IMG/VR virus record: IMGVR_UViG_3300006137_000106
Length of the DNA: 20,000 nt
Reading direction: 5' to 3' (one strand)
Source: an uncultured virus (IMG/VR IMGVR_UViG_3300006137_000106)
Taxonomy: Duplodnaviria > Heunggongvirae > Uroviricota > Caudoviricetes
In this document: positions 8,701 through 17,739 of the stretch, piece by piece
Numbering within the stretch: the stretch's first letter is position 1
Layout: every line of letters begins with the position of its first letter
Notes under the pieces: generated by a model
The model's database searches: none
What the model saw: only the letters and a program-made list of their open reading frames with translations
What the model was told of the DNA's origin: nothing
Position numbers and translations under genes: made by a program

Positions 8701-10364
8701 CAAACAAGCTGGCAGATGCAAAGACCGATGCAGCGTTTCAGACACTACAAATTAAGCATAAAGGCGCTGCACTTAATGTAGATAGCTTTAATGCACTTCA
8801 AGAGGAGCTTCAAGTGCTTGTAGCATCTGCATCAGAGCAATATGACAATGCCTTAACAATGAGAATTACAGACCTAAATTTACAGCTTGAAGATAAAGCA
8901 ATTACAGAAGAAGAATACCAAAAAAAAGTTGAGGAGGCTACAAAGGGTTATTATGCAAATATAAATGAGATGGATGTAAGAGTGAGGACTTTTAATCTTG
9001 ATAGTATTGCCACTGCTTTTGAGGAACAATTGTCAGACATAATGCCTGATATAGAAGGAACAGTGTCAGAAAAGCTTAGCCATGCTTTAGATGATGCAAT
9101 GATAAAGAATCCAAATATAGCAGAATGGGAATCGCAGGATATTGTTAAATGGCTAGGGCTTGATAAGCTGGATCTTGATACGTCAGAGCAAACCACAATT
9201 GCTCTGGAACTGAAGCAGATTGCGCTTGCAGTCCCAGAAGGAACAAAAAAGCAGATTTTAAGCAGTTATTTAAGCCAGATTCCTACAGCAGAAGAAATTA
9301 AGAATGCCATAGATTGGTCTGCATTAACCAATAATGATATTAGTGAAATAATGCAGCAGGCAGGTGCTGTGGTGCCAGATAATGGAGTAAAGCAGGGTGA
9401 GATGCCTCTTGAAAAGTGGGCAGAACTGTATGGGAAGGATTACGAGGAGTTAATAAGTAATTATGCCAAGCAGATAAATACTGCCTTGTCTGGGAACAGA
9501 AGCACTGAAAATCTGGAAGCTTTTACGCAACAGTATATGCCCAATTTTTCAGGTTCTAGTGATATAAAAGATATAATGTCACAGTATGGTCCAGTCTCAA
9601 ATGAACGTTATGACGAGCTATCAAAAAAGTGGGAGGATACTGGACTTTATTTTGGCACAGCACTTAGTCATGGAGCTTCGGCGGCATTATTGGATTCCTC
9701 TTCGCTTTTAAGAACAGATATGCAGACAGCATTGGATACAGCGACTGAAAATCCTTTTACCATCAGTCCATTAATAAATATGACACCAACTTACAACATG
9801 ACTACTCCTACACTTCCAACGGTTAGTCAAGAAATAAGTGGTCATGCAGCGGGAGGTTATGTAAGTGGAGGACCACAGCTTTCATGGCTGGCAGAAGAAG
9901 GCTATGGAGAGTTTGTAATTCCAACAAATCCAAGCCGCAGGGCAAGGGCATTAGATTTATACCAGCAGGCAGGAACTGCATTAGGAGTATCTGCCCATGC
10001 AGCCGGAGGTTTTGTAGGAGGCTCAAATTTAAGCGATAATAAGGCAGGCTATCATTTATTTAATAAGGCAAATAAAAACGCTCCTACAGCCTACAACGAA
10101 ACTGCAGAGGATAATTACAGTGATACAACTCCAATATACAAGCCTGTTTCTGTAGAAAGGGAAAACAGTTCTAGTGTGACACCAGTACAGATTCAAGTAA
10201 GCCTTCAGCCACAGTTTGTTATTAATGGTGGTGATGGGCAGAGTGAAAAAGATATTATGCAGGTAATAAGGCGGCATTTAAAGGAAATGGCTGACGAACT
10301 AGGCGGAGAAATAGCAGCGAATTTAAGCCAGGTATTTTCTAATATGCCATTAAAGAAGGTGTAA
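5688..10364 (+). CDS. Phage tail tape measure protein (TP901-family core)
   Basis: 1558 aa; FEAAMSQV.AISGATG...AKEMGATTKFTASESAEAFNYMAMAGW core; Gly/Ala-rich hydrophobic middle; HAAGG motifs near C-terminus. Exact start uncertain (5688 GTG or 5697). Confidence 0.95.
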   Translation: MRIIAQTLKIEIPIETVDKTEPELSNLIRKIGKLEEAAEKTGNSSKKAGEQVSQFDRQAQKTEKSLASWAKEKYQILLEAKEKITPIISKIGNGLRSFAGKTWSVTMRAADFITSPVRGIINLLKNPIFQAGAVLGVSIGLKDTIDTYKGFEAAMSQVEAISGATGSEMVKLTNKAKEMGATTKFTASESAEAFNYMAMAGWKTEDMLGGIEGILNLAAASGESLGTTSDIVTDALTAFGMKASEAGHFADVMAVAASNSNTNVSLMGETFKYAGAMAGTLKYSIEDVALATGLMANTGVKGSMAGTALNSIFTRLSTNTNGATDALKKLGVEFYNSDKTARPLKEVMDDLRAATEDFKPAQKSMIANTIAGTYAQKGLIAILNASTEDYEKLSKAVNNADGAAANMAEIMMDNLQGSIKILQSAVDGVKLSFGERLSPYVRNLAEWLTAQMPVVEQGLNEFMDWVDGKIDQMQRKFNAIADTKEWQDADFFGKVKIAWDEFIAEPFLEWWNSTGKVKFAEFAQSIGNGIGAGLKSGIMTLLGIDISETLDEGVSIGAAFAKGFSQGFDFDSISGGLWQGFKSMVSSAGKLLPGGESAGLSSILSAVMLSKIAAPFIGMGRGATSLGKGLFGINPETGTSLMGSFLGSAASGTGLLGKSAMLAINLGAGNLAGGASMSTGALAATGLGAGIGTVAAGATLISSALDAYKAIKSDNKEESKAYGESAAWKAGGVAAGAATGAAIGTIIPIPGISTAVGALIGAGVGGITGWIKGNKIKEEYQENVEEMQKEAEKAQKVFQATGLAIEDVKFKNEALTQAMNDAGVSASQFAVMFQEECANVAKRAFGDISLSLKEVKKVASEITFAGMAKELDEFANVVANTEEGFNNLKSSVTNLKKENWKVGLGMELSETDKDSYRGAVENFLSTSQDFIDNNHYQATVALKLLTGEEADTTNLDSYYGCLKSQLEDLGTKLADSMNAALEDSIITPDEAIDIENRQNQISDITNKLADAKTDAAFQTLQIKHKGAALNVDSFNALQEELQVLVASASEQYDNALTMRITDLNLQLEDKAITEEEYQKKVEEATKGYYANINEMDVRVRTFNLDSIATAFEEQLSDIMPDIEGTVSEKLSHALDDAMIKNPNIAEWESQDIVKWLGLDKLDLDTSEQTTIALELKQIALAVPEGTKKQILSSYLSQIPTAEEIKNAIDWSALTNNDISEIMQQAGAVVPDNGVKQGEMPLEKWAELYGKDYEELISNYAKQINTALSGNRSTENLEAFTQQYMPNFSGSSDIKDIMSQYGPVSNERYDELSKKWEDTGLYFGTALSHGASAALLDSSSLLRTDMQTALDTATENPFTISPLINMTPTYNMTTPTLPTVSQEISGHAAGGYVSGGPQLSWLAEEGYGEFVIPTNPSRRARALDLYQQAGTALGVSAHAAGGFVGGSNLSDNKAGYHLFNKANKNAPTAYNETAEDNYSDTTPIYKPVSVERENSSSVTPVQIQVSLQPQFVINGGDGQSEKDIMQVIRRHLKEMADELGGEIAANLSQVFSNMPLKKV

Positions 10365-10367
10365 GTT

Positions 10368-11051
10368 ATGGACATAAAATTAATTCCTGTTGGAAGCGGT
10401 GCAAAGTTTACGTTTCCATCACTACCCGAAAAGATACAGGGCAAGTATGGGGCAAAGTACCAAAGTTTTGACATTATATCTCAGGGAACTGTAAAAGTCC
10501 CAAAAGGAACAGCAGTATCAGAGTTTTCATGGGAAGGTGTTTTTTTTGGAAAATCAAAAAAAATGGAGCCTATTGTAAAACAAAACAGTTGGAAAGAGCC
10601 CAAAGAATGTGTAAAAATACTGGATAATTTTATAAAAAATGAAACCATATTGAATTTGATTGTGACAGAAACATGGATTAATGTAGATGTTACAATCTCC
10701 TCTTTTCAAGTGCGGCCTATAGGCGCATATGGAAATGTCGAGTATTCTATAACTTTTGTCCAGAAAAAGTCTTTAAAAATTTATACGACAGAAGAGTTTG
10801 GAATTGTAAAAGCAACAAAACCAAGAGAGGATTCTAGTGACTCGAACAGTGAAGGAGGCACTTATATTGTAGTAAGTGGTGATACTTTATGGGGTATCGC
10901 AGCAAAAAAATTAGGGAGTGGCAGTAAATGGACCTCTATCTATGATGCTAATGTCCAAACAATAGAGGCAGAAGCGAAAAAACATAAAAAAGAAAGTTCG
11001 GATCATGGTCATTGGATATGGCCTGGAGAAGTTTTGACAATACCAAGATAG
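10368..11051 (+). CDS. xkdP: LysM-domain tail tube initiator/baseplate protein (XkdP-like)
   Basis: C-terminal LysM YIVVSGDTLWGIA...W.SIY.AN...IWPGEVLTIP; follows tape measure. Confidence 0.88.
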   Translation: MDIKLIPVGSGAKFTFPSLPEKIQGKYGAKYQSFDIISQGTVKVPKGTAVSEFSWEGVFFGKSKKMEPIVKQNSWKEPKECVKILDNFIKNETILNLIVTETWINVDVTISSFQVRPIGAYGNVEYSITFVQKKSLKIYTTEEFGIVKATKPREDSSDSNSEGGTYIVVSGDTLWGIAAKKLGSGSKWTSIYDANVQTIEAEAKKHKKESSDHGHWIWPGEVLTIPR

Positions 11052-11065
11052 GAGGCGTTTTTCTT

Positions 11066-12313
11066 TTGATTGATTTAGCGAATATAAAATATCACGTTTT
11101 AGTAATGGATTCATCTGGAAATGAATATAACATTGGAGATTTCGTTCAGAATTTAGGCTGGGAAGAAAATGAAAATGAAATTTCAATGCGTTCTTCTTTT
11201 ACAGTTCGCAACAATAAAACAGCAAAAGGCTACCTATCAAGTCTTATTAAGCCTGGATGCTTAATAGGAATTTTTGCTACAGATGGGCTTATTTATGAGG
11301 AAGTAGCTAGAGGATATGTAGAAAATTGGAATCAAGTAGAAAAGAATAGTGAGAATTGTTTGAAATGTACCTGCTATGATGAACTATATAAACTGCAAAA
11401 AAGTCAGGATAATCGTTATTATCCTTCTGGAACTGGAACAAAGTGGGCAATTCAAGGAATTTTTAACGATTGGGAGATATTGCAGGGGGATTACAATGGA
11501 CCAAATGCTTCACATGGAAAAACAGTATGTAATAATAAATACCTGTCTGATATTATATTAGAATTTCTGGATGATGCAGTTAAAAAAGGGGAAGAAAAGT
11601 GTATTATACGAGCCGCAAAGGGATATACCAGCGTGATTCCGTGGGGCAGCAATAAAACAGTATATGTATTTAGTGTAGATAATACCCAATCGTTTAGTAA
11701 AAATGTTAGTACAGAAAATTTAATTACTAGAGTAAAAGTTGTTGGTCAGGCAGATAAAGAAGGGAAACATAGAGTAGAAGCTACACGAAATGGTGCAATT
11801 GAGTATGGTATCCGACAAAGAATTTATATTAGAGGAAAAGATGAAACATTAAGCGATGCAAATCTGGCAGCACAAAAGATACTTGATGAAGAAGGCGCAA
11901 TTGAAAAGAAGATGACAGTACAAGGACCAGACGTTCCATTTATACGGAAAGGTGATCTTGTTTATATTCTAAGCAGCATAACTTCAAGCTACTATTATGT
12001 TAAAAGTATTCAGCATAATGCGGATAATTACAGTATGTCAATGGATTTGGAGTATGCTGAGTCAGAAGAATTAAAAGAAAACAGTAATGACGGACAGACA
12101 AAGAAAGAATACCAAGTGGGTGATATTGTGAATTTTCATGGTGGTACCCATTATGTTAGTAGTTATTCTGATGCCAAAGGATACAACGCAAGGGCGGGAA
12201 AGGCGAAAATTACAATTAAGAACGGTTCTGGAAAAGCACACCCGTGGCATCTTATCCATACGGACAGTGGTAGTAATGTCTATGGCTGGGTAGATGATGG
12301 AACATTTGATTAA
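11066..12313 (+). CDS. Baseplate hub protein (XkdQ/YqbQ-like) with extra C-terminal domain; likely start TTG 11066
   Basis: RBS GGAGG 11051-11055; ITRVKVVG...YGIRQ...G..VPFIRKGDLV...YYVKSIQH motifs; synteny. Confidence 0.8.
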   Translation: MIDLANIKYHVLVMDSSGNEYNIGDFVQNLGWEENENEISMRSSFTVRNNKTAKGYLSSLIKPGCLIGIFATDGLIYEEVARGYVENWNQVEKNSENCLKCTCYDELYKLQKSQDNRYYPSGTGTKWAIQGIFNDWEILQGDYNGPNASHGKTVCNNKYLSDIILEFLDDAVKKGEEKCIIRAAKGYTSVIPWGSNKTVYVFSVDNTQSFSKNVSTENLITRVKVVGQADKEGKHRVEATRNGAIEYGIRQRIYIRGKDETLSDANLAAQKILDEEGAIEKKMTVQGPDVPFIRKGDLVYILSSITSSYYYVKSIQHNADNYSMSMDLEYAESEELKENSNDGQTKKEYQVGDIVNFHGGTHYVSSYSDAKGYNARAGKAKITIKNGSGKAHPWHLIHTDSGSNVYGWVDDGTFD

Positions 12314-12328
12314 GGGGAGGCAGTACAG

Positions 12329-12712
12329 ATGGAAGGGTTTGATGGATATCGCGGAACAACAAAATTGGCATCAGTCCTGAGCAATCGAATGAAAAGCGAG
12401 AATGAATCTCCTTTAACATTGGATTTTGGAGAGATACAGGCAAATGACAGCTTAGTAACAAATACATTTCCAGTTCCAATTCCCAAAGGGGATTACTCTA
12501 TTTGTAGGTCCGTTAATGGGTATACGCTAGGGACATCAGAATCTAGCTGGATAGGACATTTACAGGAGGATAAGCATATACATGATAATCCTTCTGGTTT
12601 TTCAGGACACAGTCATGATGTGTTGCTGCCAAAACTGAAAGCAGGAGACCGTGTTTTAGTGGCATGGGTGCAGAGTGAAGCAGTAGTAATAGATGTAATT
12701 GAAAGGGCATAA
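12329..12712 (+). CDS. Baseplate spike-like protein (XkdR/DUF2577-like)
   Basis: 127 aa; LKAGDRVLVAW...VVIDV end; HxH motifs; RBS GGGGAGG. Confidence 0.7.
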   Translation: MEGFDGYRGTTKLASVLSNRMKSENESPLTLDFGEIQANDSLVTNTFPVPIPKGDYSICRSVNGYTLGTSESSWIGHLQEDKHIHDNPSGFSGHSHDVLLPKLKAGDRVLVAWVQSEAVVIDVIERA

Positions 12713-12726
12713 AGGAGGCGAGGCAA

Positions 12727-13161
12727 ATGTCACAATCGTTATTTCCAGTGGTTCAAGTACCAGAGTTTACACCACAAAATACAAAATATGATATGGAATA
12801 CAGGCGGAGTGCCAAATGGGACCCTGTTTGTGGCGATTTTGTTAGAGATGGAACAAACCGTGTTGTAGAATGTGATGGTAAAGAGGCTTATTCTACATGG
12901 TGTTTTAAGATTGCCCAAACAGAACGGTATCGCTGCCTTGCATATCCAAATTCTATTGGGGTTGAAATGGAACGTGCTCTGGATAATGACGATGTGGAAA
13001 CAGTTGAATCTATGGTACAGAGAACAATTACAGAGGCACTTATGGTAAATCCTAGAACAGAAGATGTCTGGAATTTTGAATTTTCTTGGAAAGGTGACAA
13101 TATGCATTGTAGGTTTAAGGTAAAAGGCGTCGATTGTGATGAAATTACAATTGCAATTTAA
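12727..13161 (+). CDS. Baseplate wedge/sheath initiator (XkdS/DUF2634, gp25-like)
   Basis: W..K...TERYR.LAY...IGVE and ITEALMVNPRTE.V..FEF motifs; RBS AAGGAGG. Confidence 0.82.
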   Translation: MSQSLFPVVQVPEFTPQNTKYDMEYRRSAKWDPVCGDFVRDGTNRVVECDGKEAYSTWCFKIAQTERYRCLAYPNSIGVEMERALDNDDVETVESMVQRTITEALMVNPRTEDVWNFEFSWKGDNMHCRFKVKGVDCDEITIAI

Positions 13162-13180
13162 GAGGAAGAAGTGTGAGAGT

Positions 13181-14299
13181 ATGCAGCCGGAATTTATAAG
13201 GCCAGAATTTATTGAAAATAATAGTGCAGAGGAAATACACCAGAGAATGATGAATAATCTGCCAGCGGATATTGATAATACACCAGGAGGCTTTCCCTAT
13301 GATTTTACAAAACCTGCTGCACTGGAAAAAGATGAGTTTATCAATTACCATTTAGTAAGGGCATTAATGATTGCGTTTCCTCAGTATGCATGGGATGAAT
13401 GGCTGGACCTCCACGGACAGCAAGTACATCTTGAACGGCACCAGCCAGAAAGTGCATCCGGAAAAGTAAAGGTTACTGGCACACCAGGGACAGTAATTGC
13501 AGAGGGAACAATATTTTGTACACCAGCAACAGACAGCGGACCTTCCATTCAGTTTTGTTCTACGCAGGAAAAAGAGATTGAAACAAATGGTACAGTCCTT
13601 ATTCCTGTATTGGCGGTGGAAAGCGGCAGGGGTTCCAATGTGCCAGCTAATACCATAACCCTTATGGCAAAACCAGATAAAAACATCACTGATGTAATCA
13701 ATCCTGAACAAATTAAAGGAGGCACCGAACGGGAGAGCAATGATAATTTCTATGACAGAATTGCAACAGAGTATGATAACAGTCTTACATTTTTAGGAAA
13801 TGACAGTGATTATATTCGTTGGGCGAGAGAAGCTGGTGCCGGTGATTGTATTGTGATTCCGACAGCGGAAGGTGTGGGAACAGTAAAACTGGCACTGGTA
13901 GATGGTAATGGACAGCCTGCCAATGAAGAACTGGTACAAGAAGTGTATCATTATATTGTATCTCCAGAAGATAGAAGTAAACGGTTACTGCCTACTGCTT
14001 GCGCAAAATTAATATGTGTACCTGCCACAACTGTAGAGATAAATTATACAATTACTGGACTTTTATATGATAAAACAACATCAATTGAACAGATTAAAAC
14101 GGATTTTACGCTTGCGATAAAGGGAATCTATACACTGGCAAAACAACAGGATATACTGCGTTATAATGATGTAAGACCGATTATTTCTGATATTACTGGT
14201 GTAACAGATTTCCATGAGTTTTTTATGAATGGAGAGATGCAAAACATTAGACTAAATAGAGAAGAGTATCCAGAAACTGGCATTCTTAATTTTTGTTAG
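13181..14299 (+). CDS. xkdT: Baseplate J-like protein (XkdT-like); likely start ATG 13181
   Basis: PGGFPYD..P.ALE, WLDLHG, A.E.G..SNVPANTI, GGTERE, GN.SDY.RWA.E, G.GTVK motifs. Confidence 0.9.
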   Translation: MQPEFIRPEFIENNSAEEIHQRMMNNLPADIDNTPGGFPYDFTKPAALEKDEFINYHLVRALMIAFPQYAWDEWLDLHGQQVHLERHQPESASGKVKVTGTPGTVIAEGTIFCTPATDSGPSIQFCSTQEKEIETNGTVLIPVLAVESGRGSNVPANTITLMAKPDKNITDVINPEQIKGGTERESNDNFYDRIATEYDNSLTFLGNDSDYIRWAREAGAGDCIVIPTAEGVGTVKLALVDGNGQPANEELVQEVYHYIVSPEDRSKRLLPTACAKLICVPATTVEINYTITGLLYDKTTSIEQIKTDFTLAIKGIYTLAKQQDILRYNDVRPIISDITGVTDFHEFFMNGEMQNIRLNREEYPETGILNFC

Positions 14300-14310
14300 G
14301 AGGCAATTCT

Positions 14311-15657
14311 ATGAAGAAATTTGATCTGGAAAACTTTCCTACAAGTAAGAGTGCTAAGAAGATGCTCAGTTATGTGTCAGATGGATTTTATGATGAATCC
14401 TATGTGGGAAAATGGCTGTTTCAGGTGATGGGAGTGGAGTATGACAAGGCGCTGGAGATTGTGGAGGACCTGCCTGCACAATTCTTTCCAGAAACTGCCA
14501 CATGGGGATTGATGTACCATGAGATGAAATGGGGACTGCCAATTCGATTAAATCTATCCTATGAAGAACGGCGCGGTTTAATTTATCAGAAAAGAGACTG
14601 TAGAGCACCTATGACCCCATATCGAATGGAAAGATATCTGGAAAATGTAACTAATTTTGAGGTACATATTGCAGACGTAAATGATTTAGGAGCGTATGGT
14701 TTTATTCCTTCTCACCCTAATATTTTTAAGGCTTATTTTTTAGGAGAAGGAACATTAAATTCAAAACTGGTGCATGATGTATTAAATAAGTTAAAGCAGT
14801 CCCATACAATGTATATTGTAAACGACAGGGTTGAAATTCCTTTTATTAATACATATTTAGAGCGAATTAGAGCTGTTTGTATATTTATTTTATATATTCC
14901 ATTTTGGGGAGATGATATTTATACAGGACCATACTGCTATGATGGCACACTTACATATAACGCTGTAAGAAAATATAAAATTAGGGTTTTAATAAGATAC
15001 TTGATGCGTATGCAAACACAGCAAAATGTAGTATATAGTAAAAGCAGCATTAAGGCATTTATACAGGGAAAGGAATCTATAAACTTATATTTGTGCAGTC
15101 TATACAGTATAAGCTTTTGGGGTTGTCCTGTATATAATGGTCAAGACCGATATGATGGAAGTACACAATATAATGCTGTAAGAAACTATAAAATCAGTAT
15201 TGTAGTAAGCTATCATATAGGTGTTTTTATATTGCAAAGGTTCATATGCAGTAAAAATTATTTAAGAATGCTGATACAAAATAAAATACAAACCAATGCT
15301 TTATTGTGCATCGTTAATCAAATCAGGCATAAAAAATTGATTCTTCAGGTAGAAACAAAAAATTTAGTAAAACTAAATATAGCAGAAAAAGTAAGGCATA
15401 CGAATCAGATTTTGTATATCCAGACGTTACATAAGAATATCTTAAATATTTGGCAAAGGTACAAAGACAAGATTCAGAATGGTCAGACTAAAATGGTAGG
15501 TAATATTAAGACGCATATGCAGATAAACAATCCCTGTGGACAAATAGGAAATATGCAGATCATAACGTTGCGGAATGTAGCTTATTATGATGGGACGTTA
15601 AGATATGATGGAACCGCAAAATATGACGCACTGTACAAAGAAGAAAGGGTGGAATAA
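14311..15657 (+). CDS. Baseplate protein (XkdU/DUF2313-like N-terminus) with long C-terminal extension containing YDG repeats
   Basis: RBS AGGAGG 14298-14303; QFFPETATWGL...E..WGL...LSYEERR motif; follows baseplate J. Confidence 0.8.
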   Translation: MKKFDLENFPTSKSAKKMLSYVSDGFYDESYVGKWLFQVMGVEYDKALEIVEDLPAQFFPETATWGLMYHEMKWGLPIRLNLSYEERRGLIYQKRDCRAPMTPYRMERYLENVTNFEVHIADVNDLGAYGFIPSHPNIFKAYFLGEGTLNSKLVHDVLNKLKQSHTMYIVNDRVEIPFINTYLERIRAVCIFILYIPFWGDDIYTGPYCYDGTLTYNAVRKYKIRVLIRYLMRMQTQQNVVYSKSSIKAFIQGKESINLYLCSLYSISFWGCPVYNGQDRYDGSTQYNAVRNYKISIVVSYHIGVFILQRFICSKNYLRMLIQNKIQTNALLCIVNQIRHKKLILQVETKNLVKLNIAEKVRHTNQILYIQTLHKNILNIWQRYKDKIQNGQTKMVGNIKTHMQINNPCGQIGNMQIITLRNVAYYDGTLRYDGTAKYDALYKEERVE

Positions 15658-15659
15658 GA

Positions 15660-16052
15660 ATGAGTGCAACAAACAAAAATGTAGTAATAACAAAAGCAGC
15701 AAGAATGAAGTTAGTAAAGGCTAGGGCAGGAGCGATAACGCTTCCAAAGGTTGTAGGAATGGCGTTTGGGAATGGAGGCGTAGAGGCAGATGGAACAGTG
15801 ATAGAGCCACCAGACAGTCAAGCAGCTTTGAAAAATGAATTGTATAGAAAGCCGATTGATGGGTATAGTTTCCCAGAAGATACCATATGTCGCTATGAAT
15901 GTACGCTCATGGGGAATGAGCTTGCAGGAGAGGAAATAAGTGAGGTTGGATTATACGATGAAGATGGCGACATTATCTGTATCAAGAATTTTACCAGAAA
16001 GGGTAAAGATGATGATGTGGAACAGACGTATGTATTGGAAGATATATTCTAA
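15660..16052 (+). CDS. Tail-collar/fibre attachment protein (stand-alone fibre N-terminal-like domain)
   Basis: MAFGNGG...P...Q.ALKNELYRK and ISEVGLYDEDGDII...F..K motifs resemble tail-collar fibre N-termini. Confidence 0.75.
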   Translation: MSATNKNVVITKAARMKLVKARAGAITLPKVVGMAFGNGGVEADGTVIEPPDSQAALKNELYRKPIDGYSFPEDTICRYECTLMGNELAGEEISEVGLYDEDGDIICIKNFTRKGKDDDVEQTYVLEDIF

Positions 16053-16067
16053 AGAAAGGGGTAAATT

Positions 16068-17726
16068 ATGAAAAAATATACATCTGACAATCCTGTATTT
16101 TCGGAAGAAATAGATATTGTGGAGCGGGCAGACCTTGTAAATAACGAGAATAAAACAAAGGCAGAGAAGCAGCTTCTCCAAAACGATTTAGTATTAAAAC
16201 AACGAATGGACAAATACCTTGGTGATGGTAATACACCGGAATTTGTAGAAGGCATAGAGGCAGACAATGTTATCGATGCGGTGAATGAGGTTTTTACGCT
16301 TGGCAGTGAGAAGAAAAGACAGCTTGTGGAAAATCTTACTGCCTTGGGAATTACAGCTTCCGCAGGTGATACATGGGAAACATTACTAAACAAAGTGTTA
16401 GGCTTAATCAATACATCTGATGATACTGTTACTGCGGAAGCACTTCTAAGTGGATACACAGCGCACAATGCTGCTGGCACAAAGATTACTGGCACACTTG
16501 CGGATAAGACAAATATAGCAGACTACAGTACAGATGCATCTTTAGACGCAGCAAATAAGCGGTTAAAGTTAAAAGTACCTGCATCGGGAAAGTATGGCAC
16601 AAGTAATTACTTGTATGCAGCATTTAGCGCAATTGCGAACTTAATTGGACTTACAGCGGCAAAGCTTGTTAAGGGCAATACGATTTTAGGAATAACAGGC
16701 AATAACAATAACATGGATACCAGTGGAGCAGATGCAGCAGCAGGAAATATTTTATCTGGTAAAAAAGCAGCAGTAAAGGGCACTTTAATTACAGGAACAA
16801 TGCCAAACAAAGGAGCGTGGACAGGAGCTACAACAGGAAGTGGAAATGTAACAATCCCAGCAGGCTATCATAATGGAAGTGGACATGTGTCTGGTGCAGG
16901 GGCATATAATGCCGGAGTAAGTGCCGCAGATGGGCGGGTAAATGCGGATAGTGCCAACTACAAGGGTGGGTACAATGCAGGAGTAAGTGCCACCAAAAAG
17001 GGAACAGCAGGAGCAGGAGACGTACTGTCTGGAAAAACATTTACAAATGGCAGCAGTGTAGGTGCAAGTGGAACAATGCCAAACAAAGGAGCGTGGACAG
17101 GAGCTACAACAGGAAATGGAAATGTAGCAATCCCAGCAGGCTATCATAATGGAAGTGGCTATGTGTCTGGCGCAGGGGCATACAATAAAGGCGTTACAGA
17201 TGCGGACAACAGGGTAAATACAAATAGTGCCAACTACAAAGGGGGGTATAACGCAGGAGTAAGTGCCGCAGACGGGCGGGTAAATGCAGACAGTGCCAAC
17301 TATAAAGGTGGCTACAATGCAGGAGTAAGTGCCACCAAAAAGGGAACAGCAGGAGCAGGAGATGTGCTATCTGGAAAAACATTTACAAATGGCAGCAGCG
17401 TAGGTGCCAGTGGAACGATGCCAAACAAAGGAAATACAACACAAGATGCAGGAGCAACTACACAAGATGATACCTATACATATTTGACAGTTCCAATAGC
17501 AGGGTATTATGATACAGCCAGTAAGCTTAGGACGAAAAATAGTAATTTAGAAAAAGATCTTACAATAGTCGTGAATGTAAGGCAAAGCATACTTGGACAT
17601 ACTCCACCGACAGAATATCGAGATCTAAACATTGAAGTATTAAGAAGTGGGGTATCTGTATATAAAAGTGGTTGGCACGGGGCGGGAAGTGGTACCGAAC
17701 GCAAAACATATAGTATAAAGGTTTAA
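16068..17726 (+). CDS. Tail fibre / receptor-binding protein; constant 490 aa plus switchable C-terminus (cassette A, 62 aa)
   Basis: RBS AAAGGGG; Gly/Ala/Thr-rich repeats (GTMPNKG, IPAGYHNGSG, DVLSGKTF); position after baseplate; recombination site in frame at 17537. Confidence 0.88.
   Translation: MKKYTSDNPVFSEEIDIVERADLVNNENKTKAEKQLLQNDLVLKQRMDKYLGDGNTPEFVEGIEADNVIDAVNEVFTLGSEKKRQLVENLTALGITASAGDTWETLLNKVLGLINTSDDTVTAEALLSGYTAHNAAGTKITGTLADKTNIADYSTDASLDAANKRLKLKVPASGKYGTSNYLYAAFSAIANLIGLTAAKLVKGNTILGITGNNNNMDTSGADAAAGNILSGKKAAVKGTLITGTMPNKGAWTGATTGSGNVTIPAGYHNGSGHVSGAGAYNAGVSAADGRVNADSANYKGGYNAGVSATKKGTAGAGDVLSGKTFTNGSSVGASGTMPNKGAWTGATTGNGNVAIPAGYHNGSGYVSGAGAYNKGVTDADNRVNTNSANYKGGYNAGVSAADGRVNADSANYKGGYNAGVSATKKGTAGAGDVLSGKTFTNGSSVGASGTMPNKGNTTQDAGATTQDDTYTYLTVPIAGYYDTASKLRTKNSNLEKDLTIVVNVRQSILGHTPPTEYRDLNIEVLRSGVSVYKSGWHGAGSGTERKTYSIKV
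16794..17432 (+). repeat. Intragenic tandem repeats of tail fibre: units start at 16794, 17070 and 17412 (partial); 276-bp and 342-bp periods with nested 66-bp module
   Basis: Near-identical DNA units beginning GGAACAATGCCAAACAAAGGA; second unit has one extra 22-aa module. Confidence 0.92.
17537..17553 (+). repeat. Shufflon crossover site 1 (AAATAGTAATTTAGAAA), inside fibre gene
   Basis: Exact 17-mer present four times; encodes NSNLE in fibre frame. Confidence 0.9.
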
Positions 17727-17739
17727 TCAGTACAACGAG

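Noticed and set aside
9841..10015. Duplicated HAAGG motif in tape measure C-terminus
   Set aside because: Common feature of Firmicutes tape-measure C-termini; not unusual
16794..17432. CRISPR array
   Set aside because: Repeats are in-frame coding units with no unique spacers
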